This document shows, in pieces, positions 16,990 to 26,884 of a stretch of DNA of 64,000 nt. A program made the position numbers and the translations under genes. The notes beneath the pieces were generated by a model. That model saw nothing but the letters and a program-made list of their open reading frames with translations, was not told the origin of the DNA and did no database searches. Each line of letters opens with the position of its first letter. Position 1 is the first letter of the stretch. Source of the stretch: an uncultured Actinomycetota bacterium (GTDB lineage: Bacteria > Actinomycetota > Actinomycetes > S36-B12 > UBA10799); NCBI GenBank assembly GCA_963732355.1, contig CAVSZD010000007.1, forward strand, positions 658,983-722,982, read 5' to 3'.

Positions 16990-17540
16990 GAATCTGTGCC
17001 CAGGGCGCTTTCGGGCTGGGCCTCCCCGACTCGGTACCGCCTTGCGAGCTCCGCGGTCAGCACCCCGTGCACGTCGTGGACCTTGTGCCGCACGTCGGAG
17101 ACCTCACGTTCCATGTCGCGCAACTCGTCGAGACGTGAATCAAGTTCAGCGTCGGCCATGGTCGAGTACTCGTCGAGGCCCGAGCGTGCAATCAACCGCT
17201 CCACGGCACGACGGCCTCCGCCGGGGGAATCCACCACATCCGGGCCGGACGGGCGAACCCCGGGACCCATCTGCGAGGCGAGCGAGGCGACCAACGCGGA
17301 AAGGTCGAGTTCATCCTCGCCGTCTTGGCGACCGTCACGACGAAGGGACACGTTGGCTTCGAGGATGTCGATGCGTCCGTGCAGCATGCGCCGAAGGTAT
17401 GACAGCCAGGCCTCTTCCCGGTCGACCTGAAGCCGGCGCTCGCGCAACTCGACCAAGGGGATCGTCTGCAGGTCGGCCAGGAACTCCCCCTCCAGAATCC
17501 TGTCCAGAGCACGTTTCCCCTGCGGCTTCGCTAGCGACAC
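16986..17540 (-). CDS. RsiG-like protein (candidate c-di-GMP-binding anti-sigma factor homologue)
   Basis: Two helices carry E-x3-S-x2-R-x3-H-x3-(D/G): EAWLSYLRRMLHGRID and EREVSDVRHKVHDVHG. A C-terminal TAELARRY follows. This resembles the RsiG E-x3-S-x2-R-x3-Q-x3-D repeats as I recall them. Confidence 0.55.
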   Translation of the reverse strand: MSLAKPQGKRALDRILEGEFLADLQTIPLVELRERRLQVDREEAWLSYLRRMLHGRIDILEANVSLRRDGRQDGEDELDLSALVASLASQMGPGVRPSGPDVVDSPGGGRRAVERLIARSGLDEYSTMADAELDSRLDELRDMEREVSDVRHKVHDVHGVLTAELARRYRVGEAQPESALGTDS

Positions 17541-17644
17541 GGATCAACTGTACGCATCTGATCGCCTGCGGTGTCGCTCAACAAGCAACCTGACGCCGCA
17601 CCTGCACCACCTGCGGCTCGAGCCAGCCGTCTCGCCGCATATTG

Positions 17645-17740
17645 CAACCCCTCCCGCCAGCCCGCCGCACAGCAGGCAAAGCTGGAAACCGACAACTGAA
17701 TCGCCGAAAAACCACAACCCCTCCCTCGCGCCAGCCCGCC
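17645..17740. repeat. intergenic repeat related to the 28.1-28.5 kb array
   Basis: Direct repeat CAACCCCTCCC(TC)GCCAGCCCGCC at 17645-17666 and 17715-17740. It flanks the core GCAAAGCTGGAAACCG (17676-17691), which recurs at 28160-28175 and 28284-28299. Confidence 0.6.
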
Positions 17741-17907
17741 AATGCCCACACCCCTGCGACGCGAGACCGCCGTTCACTCGAATGGGTGACCTGGACCCTG
17801 TCGGCGGCCACCACCGGCTAACCCGCTCGGGCGAAATCGGCGCCGATCGGCCTCACCCCGGCATCAGGGGGCTAAGAACCCAAATCCGGACGGTCGATGA
17901 AACCGGC

Positions 17908-18729
17908 ATGGATGTTGCTGACCGATTGCGGGCCGAAGCGGCACGCGGCGCGACAGGACGCCTGGAAATCGACACCGCTGGCGTCTCCGGACGGGTCTGG
18001 CTGCGTGCGGGTCGAGTCAGTTCGGTCGCGACCTCGTCGGGCCGTCCGGCCCTGGGGATGCGACTGGTCAGCGGCGGCAGCCTCAGTCTCACCAAACTCG
18101 GCGAAGCCTTGCAGGCACAGCGCCAGCACCCGGACATGCGACTGGGCGACGTCCTCGTGCGAATGGGTTTCACCTCGCGCCAAGAGGTCGAGGCGATGGC
18201 CTGGGAGCAGACCTGTGACGACGTCGCGGCAATGCTCTCTTGGAGCCAGCCGACAATGACCTTCACCGAATTGCGTCCCGACGAGGTCGCCCCTGGCGGC
18301 CCCGAGGTCGAGGATGTGCTTTCCGCAGCCGTGGACCGGTCTGTGACGTGGCGCAACGTCGTGCGTCAGGTCGGGGGCCCGGACACTGTTCCCGTCCTGT
18401 GCGAGGCGGCTGACACGACCGAGACCGCACTCGGACCTACCGACTGGGCCGTTCTGTGCAGGGTGGATGGCAGGCGCAGCCTGCGCAGCATCTGCGATCA
18501 GGCCGGCCTGAGCGCCGTGGAGGCGGCCGCCGTGCTGCAGAGCCTTATCGCCGCTGGCTTGGTCAGTGTGCCGAACCCGGTGTTGCCCCCGCCCGAACCG
18601 GCACCCGCCCAGAGCATCGTCGAGACTCCACAAACCCAGACGGAAACGTTCGACGACCCGGCGGACCTGCTGCGTGAACTGTCCCAGCTCTCGGGAACTC
18701 AACGTCCGGCACGACGGGCGAGCCGCTAG
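17908..18729 (+). CDS. DUF4388 domain-containing protein
   Basis: Start set to ATG 17908. TGRLEIDTAGVSGRVWLRAGRVSSV...LGMRLVSGGSLSLTKLGEAL...RLGDVLVRMGFTSRQEVEAM follows the DUF4388/PatA-N pattern. The C-terminus is Pro-rich. Confidence 0.7.
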   Translation: MDVADRLRAEAARGATGRLEIDTAGVSGRVWLRAGRVSSVATSSGRPALGMRLVSGGSLSLTKLGEALQAQRQHPDMRLGDVLVRMGFTSRQEVEAMAWEQTCDDVAAMLSWSQPTMTFTELRPDEVAPGGPEVEDVLSAAVDRSVTWRNVVRQVGGPDTVPVLCEAADTTETALGPTDWAVLCRVDGRRSLRSICDQAGLSAVEAAAVLQSLIAAGLVSVPNPVLPPPEPAPAQSIVETPQTQTETFDDPADLLRELSQLSGTQRPARRASR

Positions 18730-18739
18730 CCTGCTGCAT

Positions 18740-19780
18740 ATGCCGCAGGGTCCCCTGAAGATCGCCGCCGACCAGACCAACGTAGGTCTGCTCGATGAGA
18801 TCGGGACGCTTGTGCACTGTGAGCCGGGGGATCGTCTGGATGCCCTCGTGTGCTCGGGAGTTCCGGAAGCGCCCGCGACCCATGTGGTGGTCACAGGGTT
18901 GATCGACGACGCCCTCGACACCTGGGATGTCCAGGCGCCTGCGCAGACCCTTGGTGGCGCGCTATGGGTCGCGCCTGGGCAGGAGCCCGCGCCCACGATC
19001 GCGGCATGGGTGGCCTTGCGCGTGCAAACTCCGACCACACCACTGAGCGACCTGACCGACAACAACCAGCGCGCCTTGCGATGGTCGGTGGCCGCGGGAG
19101 CTCATGTACGACGTCATGATGCGGGAACAACGGATGTGAGTGAGGAAGAGATCCGGGCATGGCTGGATGAGCAGCCCGAGGTCCGGGATCTCGGTCAGTC
19201 CATCGAGCGACTGGGGGCGGACTCCGCTGACGGCACCCTCAAGGCCGCCCAGAGGTTCCGATCGGCCGTTTCGTCTCTCGACACGTTGGCGACCCTGCCA
19301 CCAGCAAGCTCGAGCGCCACGTTCGAGGCGGCTCTGGCCGAGCAACTGCGGGTGGTCCAACTTTCAGGCCTGCGCAAATGGCGGGCCGGCAAAGCTCGCG
19401 CCGAGAGTTCCGCCGCCACGGTTTCCGCAGCCCGCGAGTTTGCCGCTGACCGGTTGCGGCAACTCATCGAGGCACGCCGGGCCGAGTTGACCAAGCGACG
19501 CCAGCAGGACGAGGCGGATGCCGCAGTCCAGGAGTGGCTACAGGCAGTGACCGATGCCGTCGGTGCGCTGCGACTGCCCGTAGAACCCGCCTTCGACCTG
19601 TCCCCGCGATCGTGGACCGATCAAGCCCCCCAACCGCGCCGCTACATCCTGGTCAACCCCGCGCAGGCAGACCTTTTCGACAACAGCGACACCCAGGTTC
19701 GTGTGTTGGATGCGGTGCGGGAGGACAGCGCCCTGTGCCTATTGGTCCAGTCGGGCTTCAGCCTTCCCGCCCTGCGCTGA
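18740..19780 (+). CDS. hypothetical protein (N-terminal globular domain plus long Ala/Arg/Glu-rich helical region)
   Basis: ATG 18740 lies 11 nt after the DUF4388 stop. Codons are GC3-rich. No family recognised. Confidence 0.6.
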   Translation: MPQGPLKIAADQTNVGLLDEIGTLVHCEPGDRLDALVCSGVPEAPATHVVVTGLIDDALDTWDVQAPAQTLGGALWVAPGQEPAPTIAAWVALRVQTPTTPLSDLTDNNQRALRWSVAAGAHVRRHDAGTTDVSEEEIRAWLDEQPEVRDLGQSIERLGADSADGTLKAAQRFRSAVSSLDTLATLPPASSSATFEAALAEQLRVVQLSGLRKWRAGKARAESSAATVSAAREFAADRLRQLIEARRAELTKRRQQDEADAAVQEWLQAVTDAVGALRLPVEPAFDLSPRSWTDQAPQPRRYILVNPAQADLFDNSDTQVRVLDAVREDSALCLLVQSGFSLPALR

Positions 19781-19841
19781 AGAGCTTCAAGAAATAGTTG
19801 AACCTTGAAATAAATATGGGGTGCTCCCGGTTGTTGTATTC

Positions 19842-20426
19842 ATGACGATGACTTCCAACGGCGCGGACACACTGTTCTCCGCTGCCCACACCGCCTACTC
19901 CTTCAGCCCTGCGCCCGTCTCCGACGACACGCTTCAGCAGATCTACGACACCGTCCGCTGGGCACCGACGGCGATGAACAGCCAGCCCCTGCGGGTGGCT
20001 TTCGTCCGCTCACCCGACGCCAGGACCGACCTCCTGGCGCACGTGGCGCCGGGCAACGTTGACAAGGTCAAGTCCGCGCCAGTGACCGCGATCCTCGCCT
20101 ACGACAGCAATTGGCACGAGCACCTGCCGGCTTTGCAGCCCTACGCCACAGACCCGCACCTGGCATGGGAGGACCCGGCACGACGCCTGCCGATGGCCGA
20201 GTTCAACGCGACCATCCAGGCCGGATACTTCATCCTCGGTGCCCGGGCACATGGTTTGGCGGCCGGTCCGATGGGCGGCTTCGACAAGGCAGGCGTGGAC
20301 GCCATGTTCTTCCCCGACGGCCGATGGCGTTCCGTGCTCCTGGTCAACCTGGGACACCCGACCATCGACTCCTTCCGGCCCCGCATGCCCCGCCTGGAGT
20401 TCGAGGACGCTGCCACCCTGCTCTGA
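19842..20426 (+). CDS. nitroreductase family protein, RutE-like (malonic semialdehyde reductase-like)
   Basis: LFSAAHTAYSFSPAPVSDDTLQQIYDTVRWAPTAMNSQP and SAPVTAILAYDSNWHEHLP align by eye with E. coli RutE. Confidence 0.8.
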   Translation: MTMTSNGADTLFSAAHTAYSFSPAPVSDDTLQQIYDTVRWAPTAMNSQPLRVAFVRSPDARTDLLAHVAPGNVDKVKSAPVTAILAYDSNWHEHLPALQPYATDPHLAWEDPARRLPMAEFNATIQAGYFILGARAHGLAAGPMGGFDKAGVDAMFFPDGRWRSVLLVNLGHPTIDSFRPRMPRLEFEDAATLL

Positions 20427-20447
20427 GGCCTCGGCGCTTCCGGGCGC

Positions 20448-21620
20448 CTACCCGCCGTGAACGACCTGGGCTGCTGAGTACACCTCGACCGTCTTGGTCG
20501 CGATCGCGTCCCAGCCGAAGTCTGAGATCGCCCGGGCTCTGCCTGCTTGCCCCATGGCCCGCGCTGCAGCGGGATCAGCGACCACCTCGTTGATCGCCGC
20601 GGCGAAGTCAGCTTCGAAGCCAGCGGTGTCCTGTGCGTCGTAGTGGACAAGCAGGCCGGTCTCAGAATCCACGACCACCTCGGGGATCCCGCCCACGTCG
20701 CTGGCCACCACGGGCGCCTCGCATCCCATGGCCTCGAGATTCACGATCCCCAGCGGCTCGTAGACGCTCGGACACGCGAAGACAAGGGCATGACTGAGCA
20801 GCTGCCGGACGTCACTGCGATCCAGATGCCCGTTGAGCCAGTGGACACCATCGCGCTGCTGCTGAAGCCCATCGATCGCCGCAGCCACCTCGGCGCCCAA
20901 TTCCGGGGTATCGGGGGACGCCGCACAAAGCACAAGCGGGACCGAATCGTCGAACTCGGCCGCCGCGCGGAGCAGGTGTGCGATGCCCTTCTGCCGGGTG
21001 ATCCGGCCTACGAACAGCACGTAGGGCTTCTCGGGGTCGATCCCGTGGCTGACCAGCGCGTCCACGTCGTCGACCTTGCGGTAGGCCTGCGTGTCGATTC
21101 CGTTGTGCACGACATGTACCCGCTCGGGATCCACGAACGGGTAGCAGTCGAGCACATCTGCGCGCATCCCCGCGCTGACGGCGATGATCGCGTCGGCGTT
21201 GTGGTAGGCCGTGTCCTCAACCCAAGAACTGATCGCGTAACCGCCGCCGAGTTGCTCGCGTTTCCACGGACGGCGTGGTTCCAGAGAGTGCGCGGTGATC
21301 ACATGGGGGATGTCGTGCAGCAGCCCCGACAGGTGCCCGCCGAGGTTCGCGTACCAGGTGTGCGAGTGCGCTACATCGCAGCCCGCCACCGAATTGACCA
21401 TCCCAAGATCAACGCCCAGGGTCTGCAGAGCAGCGTTCGCCTCGCGCAGGTAGCCGGGCACAGCCTGAGCCGTGGCATCAGGGCGCGGATCGCCGAAGCA
21501 GTGCACGTCCACTTCGATCAGCTTGCGTAACTCGGGGACGAGATGTTCCACGTGAACACCAGCCCCTCCGTAGATGTCAGGGGGCCATTCACGGGTCAGA
21601 ATCGCGGTTCGCACACCCAT
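20448..21620 (-). CDS. glgA: actinobacterial GT4 glycogen synthase (GlgA; GlgM-type maltose-1-phosphate synthase)
   Basis: The N-terminus [21 protein letters not shown] and the C-terminal GT-B fold E-x7-E region. Divergent from glgC, as in mycobacteria. Confidence 0.9.
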   Translation of the reverse strand: MGVRTAILTREWPPDIYGGAGVHVEHLVPELRKLIEVDVHCFGDPRPDATAQAVPGYLREANAALQTLGVDLGMVNSVAGCDVAHSHTWYANLGGHLSGLLHDIPHVITAHSLEPRRPWKREQLGGGYAISSWVEDTAYHNADAIIAVSAGMRADVLDCYPFVDPERVHVVHNGIDTQAYRKVDDVDALVSHGIDPEKPYVLFVGRITRQKGIAHLLRAAAEFDDSVPLVLCAASPDTPELGAEVAAAIDGLQQQRDGVHWLNGHLDRSDVRQLLSHALVFACPSVYEPLGIVNLEAMGCEAPVVASDVGGIPEVVVDSETGLLVHYDAQDTAGFEADFAAAINEVVADPAAARAMGQAGRARAISDFGWDAIATKTVEVYSAAQVVHGG

Positions 21621-21644
21621 AGGCTAGGGCGATTGTCTAACGTG

Positions 21645-22874
21645 ATGCTTGTGAGAGAAGGTCCAAGCGTTCTAGGAATCGTGCTCGCCGGCGGCGAAGG
21701 TAAGCGACTGATGCCGTTGACCGCGGATCGCGCCAAACCCGCAGTCCCCTTCGGGGGTGCCTATCGAATGATCGACTTCGTGCTGTCAAACCTGGTCAAC
21801 GGTGGTTTCTCGCGAATCTGTGTGTTGACGCAGTACAAATCCCACTCCCTGGACCGCCACATCACGACCACGTGGCGCATGTCCAACCTGATGGGTGACT
21901 ACGTGACACCCGTGCCTGCCCAGCAGCGCCTGGGCCCCCGCTGGTACATGGGCTCGGCCGATGCGATCTACCAGTCCCTGAACCTGGTCTACGACGAGCG
22001 ACCCGACTACGTGGCGGTCTTCGGCGCCGATCACATCTACCGCATGGATCCCTGGCAGATGCTCGATCAGCACATGGAGTCGGGCGCGGGGGTGACTGTC
22101 GCGGGCATCCGGATGGCCCGCTCGGAGGCAAGCCCGTTCGGCGTGATCGAGACCGATGTCACGGGCCAACGCATCACGGCGTTCCACGAAAAGCCCGCTG
22201 ACCCGCCGGCAATTCCCGACAGCCCCGAGGAGTCCTATGTCTCGATGGGCAATTACATCTTCAGCACCGACGTACTCGTCGAGGCCTTGAAGATCGATGC
22301 CGGCGACGAGGGCTCGGTCCACGACATGGGCGGGAACATCATCCCGATGCTGACCTCACAGGGGCTGGCCCACGTCTACGACTTCTCCGACAACGAGGTG
22401 CCAGGTGTCACCGATCGAGATCGCGGGTATTGGCGCGACGTGGGTTCGCTGGACGCCTACCACGACGCCCACATGGACCTCGTCAGCGTGCACCCGGTCT
22501 TCAACCTGTACAACCGCAAGTGGCCGATCCTGACTTACCTGCCACCCCTGGCCCCTGCGAAGTTCGCCCTCGGCGGCAACGCCCACGAATCCATGGTCGG
22601 CGCCGGCTCGATCATCTCCGGTGGTCACGTGCGCCAGTCGGTGCTGTCCTTCGACGTCCGGGTCTTGGAGGGCGCCTTCGTCGAGGGCTCCGTGATCATG
22701 CCCGGGGTTCGGGTGGGCAGGAACGCTGTCATCCGTAGAGCCGTGATCGACAAATACGTCGAGATCCCCGAGGGCGTTCAGATCGGCGTGGACATCGAAC
22801 GTGACCGCGAGCGTTTCACAGTCAGTGCGGGGGGCATCGTGGTGATCGGCAAGGGCGCGGTCATCGAACCCTGA
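21645..22874 (+). CDS. glgC: glucose-1-phosphate adenylyltransferase
   Basis: [30 protein letters not shown] signature. Start trimmed to ATG 21645 (GTG 21651 is also possible). Confidence 0.92.
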   Translation: MLVREGPSVLGIVLAGGEGKRLMPLTADRAKPAVPFGGAYRMIDFVLSNLVNGGFSRICVLTQYKSHSLDRHITTTWRMSNLMGDYVTPVPAQQRLGPRWYMGSADAIYQSLNLVYDERPDYVAVFGADHIYRMDPWQMLDQHMESGAGVTVAGIRMARSEASPFGVIETDVTGQRITAFHEKPADPPAIPDSPEESYVSMGNYIFSTDVLVEALKIDAGDEGSVHDMGGNIIPMLTSQGLAHVYDFSDNEVPGVTDRDRGYWRDVGSLDAYHDAHMDLVSVHPVFNLYNRKWPILTYLPPLAPAKFALGGNAHESMVGAGSIISGGHVRQSVLSFDVRVLEGAFVEGSVIMPGVRVGRNAVIRRAVIDKYVEIPEGVQIGVDIERDRERFTVSAGGIVVIGKGAVIEP

Positions 22875-22881
22875 CACAGCG

Positions 22882-23763
22882 TCAGTGCGGGAAGCGGCCA
22901 GCTTTGGCGACCAGCCCGGGAGTCGGGCGGCCCAGTCGCTCGCCCAGCCATTCGCTGGCCCGGCACAGTTCATCGAGGTCCAGACCCGTGGAGAATCCGG
23001 AACGCTCGAGGGCGTAGACGAGGTCCTCGGTGGCGATGTTGCCCGTGGCCCGTGGCGCGAACGGGCAGCCCCCGATTCCTCCCAGGGACGCATCCAGAAC
23101 CTCCACACCGGCGTCTGCGGCGGCCAGCGCGCTGGCGTAACCGGTGTTCCGGGTGTTGTGCACGTGTACCCGCAAGGGGACATCGACCGCTTCCCGGACT
23201 GCGGTCAGGCGCCTGTGGACGTCGTTGGGCACGGCGACCCCAATGGTGTCCGCGATCGCGAGTTCATCGATCCCGGCTGCGGCGACCTGCTGCGCAACGT
23301 CGACCAGACGCGACACTTCGACCTCGCCCTCATAGGGGCAGCCGAACGATGCGGACAGCGTGACGCTTACCGGCAGCCCGGCGTCCTTGGCACGGGGCGC
23401 TACTGCGGCAACCGCCGCGATGGCCTCAGCGGTGTCCATCCCCTGGTTCTTCAGCGAGAAGGTGTCGGTGACCATAACGACGAGATTGACCTCCTGCACC
23501 TGGGTGGCCAGGGCTCGCTCGAACCCCCGCTCGTTGAGCACGAGGCCGATGTAGGAGGCGACGTCGGGCAGCAGTCGCGTGAGCACGGCCTCTGCATCAG
23601 CCATCTGCGGGACCCGCTTGGGGTTGACGAAACTGGCGACCTCGATGCGGCGGATTCCGGCGGCCAGACAACGGTTGACGAACTCGACCTTGGTGTCGGT
23701 GTCGAACACGACAGCCTCGTTCTGCAGGCCATCACGCGGGCCGACCTCGACGATCTGGATCAT
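22882..23763 (-). CDS. hydroxymethylglutaryl-CoA lyase family protein
   Basis: VEVGPRDGLQNE and FVNPKRVPQMAD motifs on a TIM barrel. Start ATG 23763 overlaps the upstream stop (ATGA). Confidence 0.85.
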   Translation of the reverse strand: MIQIVEVGPRDGLQNEAVVFDTDTKVEFVNRCLAAGIRRIEVASFVNPKRVPQMADAEAVLTRLLPDVASYIGLVLNERGFERALATQVQEVNLVVMVTDTFSLKNQGMDTAEAIAAVAAVAPRAKDAGLPVSVTLSASFGCPYEGEVEVSRLVDVAQQVAAAGIDELAIADTIGVAVPNDVHRRLTAVREAVDVPLRVHVHNTRNTGYASALAAADAGVEVLDASLGGIGGCPFAPRATGNIATEDLVYALERSGFSTGLDLDELCRASEWLGERLGRPTPGLVAKAGRFPH

Positions 23764-24041
23764 CGTGCCGAATCCACGACACTGCGCGAAACCAGCCGGG
23801 GGCGCAGCCAAGCGGCCACATCTTCATGATCTGGATGTTCCAGATACCCGGTGAGCCCGTCAGTGTCGGCGTGGGTCGAGATCAGAACCAGGTCCGCAGC
23901 CCCGGTCCGGCCCAGCGAGTCCTCCAGAACCTCGATGGACAGCAGGTCGGGCACTTTGCCCTCAAGGCCGCGCAGCCTGGTGACGGCTTCGAGTCTGTCC
24001 GCGGAATCGTGCAGTTTCATCATGACGACATGCGTGATCAC
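23760..24041 (-). CDS. Dabb (stress-responsive alpha/beta barrel) domain protein
   Basis: 93 aa. MITHVVMMKL...EHPDHEDV is the typical Dabb pattern. Confidence 0.8.
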   Translation of the reverse strand: MITHVVMMKLHDSADRLEAVTRLRGLEGKVPDLLSIEVLEDSLGRTGAADLVLISTHADTDGLTGYLEHPDHEDVAAWLRPRLVSRSVVDSAR

Positions 24042-24080
24042 GTCTCGATCGTACTGTCACATTCCCTGTGGGCAGAGTCG

Positions 24081-24123
24081 CGCGTCGTTGCTGGTTCTGA
24101 ACCCAGAGACCAGCAACGACGCG
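24081..24123 (-). terminator. stem-loop terminator candidate after pstB
   Basis: Perfect 15-bp stem CGCGTCGTTGCTGGT / ACCAGCAACGACGCG, 20 nt downstream of the pstB stop. No clear U-tract. Confidence 0.5.
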
Positions 24124-24142
24124 GTGCGCGCTGGCGAGTTGG

Positions 24143-25009
24143 TCAGCCGAAGCGACCGGAGATGTAACCCTCGGTACGGGTGTCCTTGGGCGTCATGAAG
24201 ATCTCCTGTGTCGGACCGAACTCCACAAGCCGACCATGGCGGACACCCTTGGCGTCCACCTCTGCGGTGAAGAAGGCCGTGCGATCCGAAACGCGCGCTG
24301 CCTGCTGCATGTTGTGAGTCACGATCACGATCGTGTACTCAGTTGCGAGCTCGTGCATCAGGTCCTCGATCTTGGCCGTCGCGATCGGGTCCAAGGATGC
24401 ACACGGCTCGTCCATGAGGATCACGTCCGGGTTGACCGCAATGCACCGAGCGATGCACAGGCGCTGCTGCTGACCACCGGACAACGCCATACCGCTGGTG
24501 TCCAGCTTGTCCTTCACCTCGTCCCACAGCGCCGCGCGCACCAGCGACCGCTCGACAATCTCGTCAAGGTCCTTCTTCTTCTCACCCAGCACCCGCGGTC
24601 CGTAGGCGATGTTGTCGTAGATGCTCTTTGGGAAGGGGTTGGGCTTCTGGAAGACCATCCCGATCCGGCGGCGCACCTCGATGGGGTCGACGTCGGAGGA
24701 GTAGATGTCCACGCCGTGATAGAGGACCTCACCGGCCACTTTCGCCCCCGGGATCAGGTCGTTCATCCTGTTGAACGACCTGAGCAACGTGGTCTTTCCG
24801 CAGCCGGACGGTCCGATGAACGCCGTGATCTCGCGCTTCGCGATGGGCATGTTCACCTCGCGCACGGCCTCGTAGTCCCCATAGAAGACGTGCACATTGC
24901 GCAGTTCCATCACCGTCTCGGCGACAGTGTCGGCTGCGGCCGCCCGGCCGAACCTAGCGTCCGGAGCGGCACCTTCCTGCGTGGTCACTGTTCCTCCAAC
25001 TTGAGTCAT
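24143..25009 (-). CDS. pstB: phosphate ABC transporter ATP-binding protein
   Basis: Walker [10 protein letters not shown], the RMNDLIPG PstB motif, the [13 protein letters not shown] signature and Walker B ILMDEP. Start trimmed to ATG 25009, with GGGAAG RBS. Confidence 0.92.
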   Translation of the reverse strand: MTQVGGTVTTQEGAAPDARFGRAAAADTVAETVMELRNVHVFYGDYEAVREVNMPIAKREITAFIGPSGCGKTTLLRSFNRMNDLIPGAKVAGEVLYHGVDIYSSDVDPIEVRRRIGMVFQKPNPFPKSIYDNIAYGPRVLGEKKKDLDEIVERSLVRAALWDEVKDKLDTSGMALSGGQQQRLCIARCIAVNPDVILMDEPCASLDPIATAKIEDLMHELATEYTIVIVTHNMQQAARVSDRTAFFTAEVDAKGVRHGRLVEFGPTQEIFMTPKDTRTEGYISGRFG

Positions 25010-25043
25010 TTCGCACTTCCCTGGATCGTGTTCGGTTTCACAG

Positions 25044-25943
25044 TCACCACCGCCGCTGGAAACGGTTCCGGAGGTAGATCGCCAGGGCATTCATCATCAG
25101 CAGAATGCCCAGGAGGATGATGCACAACGCTGCCGCGAGAATCTGGAACTCCTCGCGGGACTGCGAGATCCAGTTGTAGATCTGGATCGGCATCACCGTG
25201 TATGCACTCATCAGCCCGTCCGGGTTGAAGGTGATGAACGTGACCGCGCCCAACAACAGCAGCGGTGCCGCCTCACCGATGGCCCGGGAGAGCGCGAGGA
25301 TCGCACCCGTGGCGATACCGGGGACTGCTGCCGGCATCACCTGGCGAGAGATCGTCTGCCACTGGGTAGCGCCCAGCGCCAGTGAACCCGCGCGAATCGA
25401 CTGGGGTACCGCCCGAATGGCCTCGCGCGACGAGATGATGACCACGGGCAGCACCAGCAGCGAGAGGGTCAGCGCCGCGGTGATCACGGTCTGCCCCAGG
25501 GCCAGGGCCCGAGCGATGACGCCGAGACCGAGGATGCCGTAGACGATGGACGGAACGGCAGCCAGGTTCTGGATGTTGATCTCGACCAGCTTGTTGAAGC
25601 GCTTGGTCGGGTCCGCGTACTCCTCCAGGTAGATCGCCGCCATGATCCCCACCGGCAAACAGATGAACGCCGTGGTCACGATCACCCAGATCGATCCCAT
25701 GATGGCCGACTGGGCGCCGGCCTTCTCGGGGAACCGGATGCTCGGCATGTTCTGCCACAGCGTGGGCGTCAGACCCGGCCAACCCTCATGGAACACGAAG
25801 GCCAGCAGCGCCGCCAGCGTGATGATCCCGACCGAGAGGGCGGCGAACAGGAGCCAGCGGAAGCCGCGGTCCTTGAGCGGAGGGCCGGTGTCCTGCAGGT
25901 CTTGTTTGACCTGCTCCCCGATCCCGGCGAACATCGTGCTCAT
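25044..25943 (-). CDS. pstA: phosphate ABC transporter permease
   Basis: Six-TM permease with the EAA-like loop [13 protein letters not shown]. Start overlaps the pstC stop. Confidence 0.92.
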   Translation of the reverse strand: MSTMFAGIGEQVKQDLQDTGPPLKDRGFRWLLFAALSVGIITLAALLAFVFHEGWPGLTPTLWQNMPSIRFPEKAGAQSAIMGSIWVIVTTAFICLPVGIMAAIYLEEYADPTKRFNKLVEINIQNLAAVPSIVYGILGLGVIARALALGQTVITAALTLSLLVLPVVIISSREAIRAVPQSIRAGSLALGATQWQTISRQVMPAAVPGIATGAILALSRAIGEAAPLLLLGAVTFITFNPDGLMSAYTVMPIQIYNWISQSREEFQILAAALCIILLGILLMMNALAIYLRNRFQRRW

Positions 25944-26878
25944 TCGTACACCTCACGGTATTTGCGCACCATACGGATGCTGAACATGTTCATCACGAAC
26001 GTCATCAGGAACAGCAACGCACCGACGGCGAAGATCGTCTGGTACCCGATGGATCCGGTCGGCTGGTCCCCCGAGCCAGCCGCAGCGATGAAGGACGTCA
26101 TGGTCTGCATGCCGTCCAGGACGTTGAGGCTGAGATTGGGCTGCAGACCGGCTGCCACGGCGACGATCATCGTCTCTCCGATGGCCCGCGAGATCCCGAG
26201 CACGAAGGCCGCCACGATGCCCGAGAGAGCAGCCGGGACGACCACCTTCAACGTCACCTGACGCTTACTCGAGCCCAGCGCATATGCACCCTCGCGCAGC
26301 CCGCGCGGCACTGCGGACATTGCGTCCTCCGACAGCGACGCGATGGTCGGGATGATCATCACACCCATGACCAGACCAGCCGACAGAGCGTTGAACACCT
26401 CGGTCTGCGGCCAGATGTTCTGCAGCAGCACCTGCGTCACGAATTCAAGGGCGAAGAAGCCGAAGATCACCGTGGGGATACCCGCGAGGACCTCGAGAAT
26501 CGGCTTGAGGATACGGCGGGTGCGGTCAGCGGCGTACTCGGAGAGGTACATCGCGGTGAGCAAACCGATCGGCAGTGCCACAAGGCAAGCGATGCCGGTG
26601 ATGATCAGGGTTCCCGCAACCAGCGGCAGCACCCCGAACTCCGGATCGGCGAACAGCGGCGACCACTCGGTACCGAACAGGAAGTCTGTCACCGGGACCG
26701 TCTGGAAGAACTGGAAGGCGGGGATGAACAACGCCCACAGGATTCCCAGGGTCGTGAGGATGGAAACGGCGGCGCATGCCACCAGGACCACCTTGATGGC
26801 TTTCTCCCCGTAGCGCGGACTTGACCGCTGCAGGGAGAACTCAGTGCTCCCTGCAGCGGTCAGTGTTGTGGAGTCCAT
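25940..26878 (-). CDS. pstC: phosphate ABC transporter permease
   Basis: Permease with GISRAIGETMIV loop, located between pstS and pstA. Confidence 0.92.
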   Translation of the reverse strand: MDSTTLTAAGSTEFSLQRSSPRYGEKAIKVVLVACAAVSILTTLGILWALFIPAFQFFQTVPVTDFLFGTEWSPLFADPEFGVLPLVAGTLIITGIACLVALPIGLLTAMYLSEYAADRTRRILKPILEVLAGIPTVIFGFFALEFVTQVLLQNIWPQTEVFNALSAGLVMGVMIIPTIASLSEDAMSAVPRGLREGAYALGSSKRQVTLKVVVPAALSGIVAAFVLGISRAIGETMIVAVAAGLQPNLSLNVLDGMQTMTSFIAAAGSGDQPTGSIGYQTIFAVGALLFLMTFVMNMFSIRMVRKYREVYE

Positions 26879-26884
26879 GTCGGG

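Noticed and set aside
17872-19065. 397-aa ORF on the minus strand.
   Set aside because: It is antisense to the DUF4388 gene and the following ORF. Its composition is Arg/Ala/Gly/Ser-rich and no motif is recognisable.
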